Source of the DNA: a virus | Length of the DNA stretch: 64,000 nucleotides | Strand: one strand, 5' to 3' | Virus record (IMG/VR): IMGVR_UViG_3300042146_000099 | Coordinates: 9,470-73,469 of that record | Shown: in pieces, positions 36,516 through 43,416 of the stretch | Numbering within the stretch: the first letter of the stretch is position 1 | How the letters are laid out: every line of letters starts with the position of its first letter | Notes under the pieces: generated by a model | What the model saw: the letters and a program-made list of their open reading frames with translations, nothing else | Told to the model about the DNA's origin: nothing | Database searches by the model: none | Position numbers and translations under genes: made by a program

Positions 36516-37087
36516 CCTCCCCCGACTGGACGATGGCCGTGTCCCTGCACGCGGCTGACGGGCCGGGAATGGCCCGCTTCACCTGTGTCCCCCGTGACAG
36601 TGATCTGCTCGTGACTGGCGTAGTGGAAGCCACCGACCACGGCATCGTCATCACATCCATGGAGTTCTCCACGCAGGCCCCTTCCGGCATCACGGCGACC
36701 ACGAACCGTTCCTTCCGCCTCGGCGAGCTGCTCGCCTACCTCCGCACCGCGCGGGAACTGGACGAAACACGGCGTGCCCTCGGTCTGCACCAGAGCGCCG
36801 CCGAGCCAACCGCCGTGTCCCCTGAAACGACCTTGCGACCCCGACGGGGTGGGCGCCCTGCCGTGGGCGACGAGACCCTCCGCGCGCTGGCGGTCGCGTA
36901 CTTGGAGGAGTGCGCGCACGGCAAGCCAGCGGGATCTGTGGCGAGAGTCGCCAGTCGCTTCGGCCGTCCAGAAGAGACCATCCGCACGTGGCTCGCCCGT
37001 GCCCGGAAAGAGGGCTGGCTGACCGCTGGAGTCAGGGGCAGGCGAGGAGCCGAAGCAGGGCCGCGCCTGCGAGAGGAGAAGGCGTGA
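36512..37087 (+). CDS. DUF6214-like protein with C-terminal HTH
   Basis: LAVAYL...VASRFGRPEETIRTWLARARKEGWL. Confidence 0.65.
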   Translation: MTSPDWTMAVSLHAADGPGMARFTCVPRDSDLLVTGVVEATDHGIVITSMEFSTQAPSGITATTNRSFRLGELLAYLRTARELDETRRALGLHQSAAEPTAVSPETTLRPRRGGRPAVGDETLRALAVAYLEECAHGKPAGSVARVASRFGRPEETIRTWLARARKEGWLTAGVRGRRGAEAGPRLREEKA

Positions 37088-37341
37088 CCGCCGAACTGCC
37101 CTGCTGCCAGGGTCTGCCAGAGCACACGTACGGGACTGAGTGCCTGCACCACCGCGAGGAGTCGTTCGACATCAGCACCGAGGACGGGCGAAAGGCTCTC
37201 GCCCGGAAGATGGCGGACGACTGGCGGGAGAACGGCGGGGTGCTGCCCCCTGGCGTCACCTACATCCGGCTGGAGCCCGGCGAGCACATCCTCAGCGGGG
37301 AAGACATCCGCCGTCTCCTCGAAGGTGAGGAGGACCAGTGA
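37084..37341 (+). CDS. Hypothetical protein
   Basis: GTGA overlaps. Confidence 0.5.
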   Translation: MTAELPCCQGLPEHTYGTECLHHREESFDISTEDGRKALARKMADDWRENGGVLPPGVTYIRLEPGEHILSGEDIRRLLEGEEDQ

Positions 37342-37832
37342 TCCACATCCCCATCACAGACAGTGCACTGCCCGGCGTCGAAGCCACCTTCTCCTACGCC
37401 CTCCGAGGGGACACCCTCGCTCTGATCGAAGTACGCATAGCGGCAGCAGGCACCGTATCCGTGCCCGCCATTCAGGAAATGCCGCTCAGCCGCTGGGAAA
37501 AGCGGGCTTGGGGTACTGCGATGAGGCGGCTCCTAGCAGCTGAGGAGACACCGGAGCGCCGCGTTCTCGCACGGCATCCGCAACTGGCGAACGTCACGCA
37601 CGGCAACGCCCTCCGGCGCTGGAAGTCCCTGGTGCACCTCGCCAGCGTTGCAGCCGAGTACGCAGATGCGATGGAAGCGGGCGCCAGCAACCCAGCCCAG
37701 ACCGTTGGGCACCGGCACAACGTTTCAGCGGCCACCGTACGTGGCTGGCTGCACCGTGCACGCAGGGAGGGTCTCGCGCCAACAAGCACACACCCCAACG
37801 CGGTGGGCAGCAGGAAGGACGGCAACGCGTGA
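37338..37832 (+). CDS. DUF6214-like protein with C-terminal HTH (second copy)
   Basis: VAAEY...NPAQTV..RHNVSAATVRGWLHRARREGL. Confidence 0.65.
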   Translation: MIHIPITDSALPGVEATFSYALRGDTLALIEVRIAAAGTVSVPAIQEMPLSRWEKRAWGTAMRRLLAAEETPERRVLARHPQLANVTHGNALRRWKSLVHLASVAAEYADAMEAGASNPAQTVGHRHNVSAATVRGWLHRARREGLAPTSTHPNAVGSRKDGNA

Positions 37833-38038
37833 CGGGCCCGGAGCATTACCGCGAAGGCGAGGAGCGGCTACGCGCCAGCGACTACCAGCGCGCGCAAGCA
37901 GGCGACGAAGGCGACCTCACCACCGCCATCCACGAAGCCGCCATGGCCCAAGCCCACTTCACAGCCGCGCTCGTCGCGCTCCTCGCCTACGACCGGCAAC
38001 CCGACAGCGTCGCCTGGCAGAAGGCGGTCGGCTGGTGA
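37829..38038 (+). CDS. Small phage protein
   Basis: MTGPEHYREGE...AQAHFTAALV. Confidence 0.65.
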   Translation: MTGPEHYREGEERLRASDYQRAQAGDEGDLTTAIHEAAMAQAHFTAALVALLAYDRQPDSVAWQKAVGW

Positions 38039-38346
38039 GTAACAAGATGACCTGCCTGGGTTGCCAGTCGCATACGTCAGCGGTCCTCACCGCCTACGAA
38101 GACGGCGAGCCGTGCCCCTACTGCAAGCTGTCCGCCGCCGCGACCTTGGAGATCCAGACCATCCGCAGGGCGCGCGCCGACGATGAACTGAAGGCGAAGC
38201 TGGAGCAGGCGATCAAGGAGCGCGACGAGGCGCAGCGGGAACGCGACTGGGCGAAGCAGCGTCTCGCCCACGTCGAGAGCGAACTCACCGACCTTGTGGA
38301 ACGGATCCGTCGACCGCTCAGCGATGAACCGGGGAGCGTCTGGTGA
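38035..38346 (+). CDS. Zinc-ribbon plus coiled-coil protein
   Basis: CLGC...CPYC. Confidence 0.6.
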   Translation: MSNKMTCLGCQSHTSAVLTAYEDGEPCPYCKLSAAATLEIQTIRRARADDELKAKLEQAIKERDEAQRERDWAKQRLAHVESELTDLVERIRRPLSDEPGSVW

Positions 38347-39212
38347 ACATTCTCGTCACTGGTGCGGCCGGATTCATCGGCAGCCACCTCGTCCGCGCCC
38401 TGGAAGCGCGCGGGCACACGATCACCGGCATGGACAAGCGGAACGGACTGCCCACCACGGACCTTTCCCAGCTCCGGCGCACCGTGGACACCGCCGAGCC
38501 CGACGTGATCGCGCACCTCGGCGCCTCCTGCTCCACCTCGGTGAGCCTCGCCGATCCGGCCAGTGACTTCACGGACAACGTGGTGGGCACCTTCAACATC
38601 GCGGAAGGCGCACACCGGGCGGGCAACATCCCCGTCGTCTACACCAGCAGCGTCAAGGTCCACCCCGGCGCTGATGGGCTCACCGCCCCCCTCGGCCTGT
38701 CCAAAGCCGTCGGCGAGGACTACCTCCGCCTCTACCGCGAGCTGTACGGGCTGCCGTCCGTCATCCTCCGGCCCTCCACCGTCTACGGGCCCGGCCAGAA
38801 CGGCAGCGCCGAAGCAGGCTGGGTGACGTGGTTCCTGCGCGCCTTCTGCGACCGCAAGCCCATCACCATCCACGGCGACGGCAGCCAGTCCCGGGACATC
38901 CTCTACATCGACGACTTCACGAGTCTCCTTGTCGACATAGTCGAGCACCACGCCGACTACGCGACCGCGACCGAGCCGTACGACGTCGGCGGCGGCCCCG
39001 ACAACGAACTCGAACTCCTGCAACTCGTGAACGCCCTCGAAATCGAGACCGGCACCCGGCACCCCGTCACCCACGACAAGCGCCTCCCCGGCGACCTCCA
39101 GCGCGTCGTCACCGACAACGCGGCCATCACCGCCGTACGCGGCTGGACACCCACCACCCACTGGTTCGACGGCATCCGGGAGACGCTCAACTGGATCGGA
39201 GAACAGTGGTGA
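38343..39212 (+). CDS. Second NAD-dependent epimerase/dehydratase
   Basis: TGAAGFIGSHL, YTSS, VYGPGQ, GDGSQSRD; YxxxK replaced by LGLSK. Confidence 0.88.
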   Translation: MNILVTGAAGFIGSHLVRALEARGHTITGMDKRNGLPTTDLSQLRRTVDTAEPDVIAHLGASCSTSVSLADPASDFTDNVVGTFNIAEGAHRAGNIPVVYTSSVKVHPGADGLTAPLGLSKAVGEDYLRLYRELYGLPSVILRPSTVYGPGQNGSAEAGWVTWFLRAFCDRKPITIHGDGSQSRDILYIDDFTSLLVDIVEHHADYATATEPYDVGGGPDNELELLQLVNALEIETGTRHPVTHDKRLPGDLQRVVTDNAAITAVRGWTPTTHWFDGIRETLNWIGEQW

Positions 39213-39967
39213 AAGTCGGCGTCATCATCCCCGCCCGCAACGCAGGCGAGTGGATCGAGGAGATGCTCATCTCGATCCAATCCCAGACACATTCCGCGCG
39301 GGCATACATCGCCGAAGACTGCGGCAGCGATGGCACCTACGCATGGCTACGTCGGCGCCCTGACCTGTGGGCGGGACTGCGGCGGAACCGGAAACGGCTC
39401 GGCTGGGCCGGCAGTCTCAACGCCGCCGCGAAGCTTGCGCTCAACGATGGCTGTGACGCCGTGTTCACCGCGTCCGCCGACGACAAGCTGCATCCCGAGT
39501 GCATCGCCCGCTGCGTGTCCGCCCTCAACGCCGACGGCGGCCGAGACTTCGTCATCCCGCACGCGAAGCAGTTCGGTGAAGCCGACCACGTCCAAGCCAG
39601 CCTCCCGGACGCCGACCTCGACGACCTTGTGCGCTGGCCGCCGCTGATCGACAAGGGCCTGTTCCGGCGTGAGACGTGGGAGCGAGTGGGCGGCTACAGC
39701 GCGAAGGCGACGCCGTCGGGCACGTACGGGACGGCGGAGGACTGGGACTTCTGGATCCGCGTCTGGAAGGCCGGGCTCACCCGCTACGCGGTCGTCGAGC
39801 AGCCGCTGTATCTCGTGCGCGTCCATCCCGGCCAACTGTCCGACACTCGCGGCGAGTATCACGCGGCGACCGTGGATCTGCTTCGGCGGCTGCATCCGGA
39901 TCTGCCGTGGCCGGACGACGCGCACGTCTGGCCACCACGACACCGCACCACAAGGAGGACGCCTTGA
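39209..39967 (+). CDS. GT2-family glycosyltransferase
   Basis: VIIPARN, EDCGSDGT, SADD, WERVGGY, EDWDFW. Confidence 0.9.
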   Translation: MKVGVIIPARNAGEWIEEMLISIQSQTHSARAYIAEDCGSDGTYAWLRRRPDLWAGLRRNRKRLGWAGSLNAAAKLALNDGCDAVFTASADDKLHPECIARCVSALNADGGRDFVIPHAKQFGEADHVQASLPDADLDDLVRWPPLIDKGLFRRETWERVGGYSAKATPSGTYGTAEDWDFWIRVWKAGLTRYAVVEQPLYLVRVHPGQLSDTRGEYHAATVDLLRRLHPDLPWPDDAHVWPPRHRTTRRTP

Positions 39968-40197
39968 GCGTCAACATGCACGCCATCCTCGTCGGCCTCC
40001 TGTCCGTCAGCCACACGCGCGAACAGGCTGACCACGCGGCGCGAACGGTCCTGGACCAGCACGCTCACGAACTCGCCAAGCAGATCCGCGCGGCATCCAT
40101 CAGCTGGGGGCGGGTCCCGGACATGGACGCCGACGACGCTGCCGACCTCATCGACCCGAAGGCGCAGCGCGCCAGCACCGAAGGAGACACCCCGTGA
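39964..40197 (+). CDS. Small hypothetical protein
   Basis: AHELAKQIR...DAADLIDP. Confidence 0.55.
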   Translation: MSVNMHAILVGLLSVSHTREQADHAARTVLDQHAHELAKQIRAASISWGRVPDMDADDAADLIDPKAQRASTEGDTP

Positions 40198-41093
40198 TCG
40201 ACGGCCACAAGGTGATCGCCTGGACGCCTTACGGACGGGTCAGGACGTACAGCATCCTGATCAAGTACCTCCAGCGAGACGTCGAACGCGGCCTCGTCGA
40301 CGAGGTCTGGGCCTATATGAACACCGACCCCGTCGGCCAGGAAGACGACATCGCCTACGCCCACCAGCTGGCCGAACAGCACGACTGGTTCCACCTCAAG
40401 CACCGCCCCGAAGGTATCGACCTCGGCAACCTCCCCAAGCAGCGGTACACCGGCCTCGCCTACCGGGAGATGGTCGACCCGCACGCGGTCTATCTGAGAT
40501 TCGACGACGATGTGGTGTACATCCACGAGGCGGCCATCGAGAACCTCGTCCGCGCCCGCCTTCAGATGCCCGCGCCCACCGCGGTGTTCCCCGTCATCTT
40601 CAACAACGCGCTGTGCTCTTACTTCCTCCAGATCTGCCGCAAGGTCCCGATGGAGTGGGGCGAGGTCAAGCCCTACTGCATGGACCCAATCGGCTGGGCA
40701 TCCGGGCCGTTCGCGGTGAAGCTCCACAGCCTCCTCCTCGACCACATCGAGGCTGGCACGGTCGAGGATCTGTACCTGTACCAGGACTTCCCGATCCAGA
40801 ACCCCAACGACGGCAGCAACGGCATGCAGTTCTCCGTGTCCTGCTTTGCCAGCCTCGGCAGCATGTACGCCAACCTCCCCGACGGTCCCGGTGTCCTCGT
40901 CCCCGACGAGGAGGAGAGCTGGACCACCGTCCACCGCCCCCTCGCCATCGGCGTGCCCAACATCCTCCGCGGGGACGCGATCGTCAGCCATTACTCGTTC
41001 TTCACCCAGGGGCCGTTCCTTAATGCGGCCAGAATTCTGGACCGGTACCGGGAAGTCGCTGAGAAGCTGACACTGCCCGAGGCGTCGTCGTGA
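40194..41093 (+). CDS. Putative GT-A-fold glycosyltransferase
   Basis: TPYGR N-terminus, YLRFDDDVVYI DxD motif, VSHYSFFTQ. Confidence 0.6.
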   Translation: MIDGHKVIAWTPYGRVRTYSILIKYLQRDVERGLVDEVWAYMNTDPVGQEDDIAYAHQLAEQHDWFHLKHRPEGIDLGNLPKQRYTGLAYREMVDPHAVYLRFDDDVVYIHEAAIENLVRARLQMPAPTAVFPVIFNNALCSYFLQICRKVPMEWGEVKPYCMDPIGWASGPFAVKLHSLLLDHIEAGTVEDLYLYQDFPIQNPNDGSNGMQFSVSCFASLGSMYANLPDGPGVLVPDEEESWTTVHRPLAIGVPNILRGDAIVSHYSFFTQGPFLNAARILDRYREVAEKLTLPEASS

Positions 41094-41608
41094 ACACAGA
41101 CGAGCGGTGGGCCTCGGTGGTTGGGGCTGAGGGGCGGTACGAGGTCAGCGACCGTGGTCGTGTCCGCAGTCTCCTCGGACGCTCCCCCCGGCTCCTGACG
41201 TTGAAGCCCAACTCCAACGGCTATATGACCGTGAACATCTACAGCGGCAGCCAGCCGAGGCGGCGCCGGTCCGTCCATCAACTGGTCGCGGAAGCGTTCA
41301 TAGGCCCGCATCCGCCAGACACCGACGTACGCCATCTGAACGGTGTGAAGACGGACTGCCGTGCCACCAATCTTGCCTACGGCAGCCGCTCGCAGAACAT
41401 GCTGGACCTGGTCGAGCATGGCGGCTGCGTGAACGCGAACAAGACCCACTGCGGCGTCTGCGGTACACCGTACGACGCTGCCAACACCTACAGGCGCCCG
41501 GATGGCGGGCGCGAGTGCCGCCGGTGCGCCCGGAGGCGTAGAGCGGAACACGAAGCGCGAACTGGACCCCGTAAGAGGGTTCGCAGGAAGAAGGCGGTCA
41601 CCGCATGA
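41090..41608 (+). CDS. NUMOD4-HNH homing endonuclease
   Basis: YEVSDRGRVRS, VHQLVAEAFIG, VRHLNG...NL.YG.RSQN, KTHC. Confidence 0.9.
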   Translation: MNTDERWASVVGAEGRYEVSDRGRVRSLLGRSPRLLTLKPNSNGYMTVNIYSGSQPRRRRSVHQLVAEAFIGPHPPDTDVRHLNGVKTDCRATNLAYGSRSQNMLDLVEHGGCVNANKTHCGVCGTPYDAANTYRRPDGGRECRRCARRRRAEHEARTGPRKRVRRKKAVTA

Positions 41609-41877
41609 ACCAGCCGCAGCAGCCGGGTACGCAGGTCAGTGTCGAGGACGTGTTCCCCGTCTACCGGAAACGCGTCAGCGACCTCCAGGACGAGACCCTC
41701 ATCCTCCGCGCGAAGGTCGACGTGCTGGAGAAGCAGCTTGCCGCAGCGCAGGCGGAGAACGAGCGCCTGAAGCAGGCCGCCAGCACCCCCGCCGGCCCGG
41801 ACCAAGCCACGCCGACAAACGTGGCGGCCAGCACGGTTAAGGACGCCGCCAGCCCAGGAGCGACCCGATCGCGATGA
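41605..41877 (+). CDS. Small coiled-coil protein
   Basis: ATGA overlap. Confidence 0.6.
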   Translation: MNQPQQPGTQVSVEDVFPVYRKRVSDLQDETLILRAKVDVLEKQLAAAQAENERLKQAASTPAGPDQATPTNVAASTVKDAASPGATRSR

Positions 41878-41926
41878 CTCCCACCTCGATCAGCAGGATC
41901 ACTTCGAATGTGGACACAGCGGCCTC

Positions 41927-42118
41927 CTAGATAGCTGTGGACACGATGTCGACACGGCGGGACTGGACGTTGCTCGCGCCGGGGATCTCGGCGAGGAACC
42001 CGCGGATGTGTGCGGCGAGCGCCGTCTCGTCGACTTCGCCGCCGTCGGAGACGGTGAGGGTGATGCTGGGGTTGGTGTTCGGGGTGGTCGCGGTGACCAC
42101 GATGTTCGGATAGTCCAC
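41927..42118 (-). CDS. Small protein after tail fibre
   Basis: RBS AAGGAG. Confidence 0.6.
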   Translation of the reverse strand: MDYPNIVVTATTPNTNPSITLTVSDGGEVDETALAAHIRGFLAEIPGASNVQSRRVDIVSTAI

Positions 42119-42128
42119 GAGGTTCTCC

Positions 42129-43202
42129 TTATGCGACGCGTTCGAGGGTCATGAATGATCCGGCTTGGACGGTGGTGGCGTTGGCGTCGGACGAGTTCTG
42201 CGCCCACTGGAGTTGGAGGTTTCCGGCGGTGCTGGAAACGATGAGGAGTCCGGTGAGTTCGATGCCGATGACGCTGGTGGTCAGGCCGTAGGAGGCCACG
42301 GTTGAGCCGCTGGTGGCGGTGTTGCGGGCGATGTATTCGCCGTCACCGAACGCGCCGGACGCGAGGAGGGTGTGCGGGCCCTTGCCGGAGAAGTGGCAGA
42401 CCGCGCCGGTGGGGAAGGTGAACGCGAATTTGATGTCTCCGTTGGCGTCGGTGGCGTCGGTGGCCATGATCCATACTCGGAAGACGTAGGTGCAGTTCGC
42501 GGCGACGGCGAGGAGTAGTTCGTTGTCGTTTTGCAGGGTGGTGCTGCTGGTGACGGATTCGTCTGCGGTCTTGCGGACGTAGGACCGGGCGCCGATGCCG
42601 GTGACCGACATGTTGCCGCTCACGGACATGTTGCCGGTGACGGCGAGGGTGCCGCCGACTGTGAGGTTGCTGGTGGTGGTGAGGGAGCCGGTGATGGTGA
42701 GAGCAGCGGTGCCGCTGCGGGTGAGGGTGGTGTCGGGGGTGGTTCCGCCGCCGGGGCCCCAACTCATGGCGCCGTCGGTGTCGAGGAGGTATCGGCTGGC
42801 GGTGTCGCCTGTGACGCGGAGGCTGAGTGCGTCGGTGCCGGTGGTGGCGTTGACGATGGCGATGCTGGCTACGCTGGCGGATGAGCCGATGTTGAGTTGT
42901 TTGCCGCTGGTGAGGTCGAGGTCGGCGTTGAACGTTGAGCTGCTGTTGGGGATCTGCACCCACGAGGCGCTGGCGGGGCTGGTGCCGTTGGAGAAATAGG
43001 TGCGGTACGCGGTGTCGGACTCGGCGATGCCTTTGCCGCTGTAGGGGCTGCTGGGTCGGGTGCTGGAGGTGACGACTTGGAAGCCTGCTGCCGCGTCGAC
43101 CTTGTCCCAGTTCTGGCCGATATCTTGCGAGTAGTTGACCAGCTCGGAGCCGTCGGAGAGGGATTTGTACAGGCCGAGTCGTGTGGTGGGAGTGTCAGGC
43201 AC
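42129..43202 (-). CDS. Tail fibre / receptor-binding protein
   Basis: N-terminal anchor, (L.VTG) beta repeats, C-terminal LQLQWAQN beta-sandwich. Confidence 0.8.
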   Translation of the reverse strand: MPDTPTTRLGLYKSLSDGSELVNYSQDIGQNWDKVDAAAGFQVVTSSTRPSSPYSGKGIAESDTAYRTYFSNGTSPASASWVQIPNSSSTFNADLDLTSGKQLNIGSSASVASIAIVNATTGTDALSLRVTGDTASRYLLDTDGAMSWGPGGGTTPDTTLTRSGTAALTITGSLTTTSNLTVGGTLAVTGNMSVSGNMSVTGIGARSYVRKTADESVTSSTTLQNDNELLLAVAANCTYVFRVWIMATDATDANGDIKFAFTFPTGAVCHFSGKGPHTLLASGAFGDGEYIARNTATSGSTVASYGLTTSVIGIELTGLLIVSSTAGNLQLQWAQNSSDANATTVQAGSFMTLERVA

Positions 43203-43416
43203 CGGCCGTCTCCTCTGCGATCACGGCGATGTCGTCGTTGGGGGTGTTGCAGCGGGCGCACCATCCCCGGTACACGCCGTCGACGTTCTCCGGGATGGAC
43301 ACGCGGTAAGTGACGTCTTCGACCGGGCAGCCAGCGGTTCGGCAGGTGATGTCGGCGGTGACGGTGGGCCAATTCTCAAGGTCCCACTCGCCGTTCTCGT
43401 CGGGCTGTACGGTCAT
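43195..43416 (-). CDS. Small zinc-ribbon tail protein
   Basis: C...GC...CARC. Confidence 0.6.
   Translation of the reverse strand: MTVQPDENGEWDLENWPTVTADITCRTAGCPVEDVTYRVSIPENVDGVYRGWCARCNTPNDDIAVIAEETAGA

Noticed and set aside
30917-43202. Diversity-generating retroelement or invertible tail-fibre switch
   Set aside because: No reverse transcriptase or invertase seen; the fibre similarity is at protein level only and no flanking inverted repeats were found
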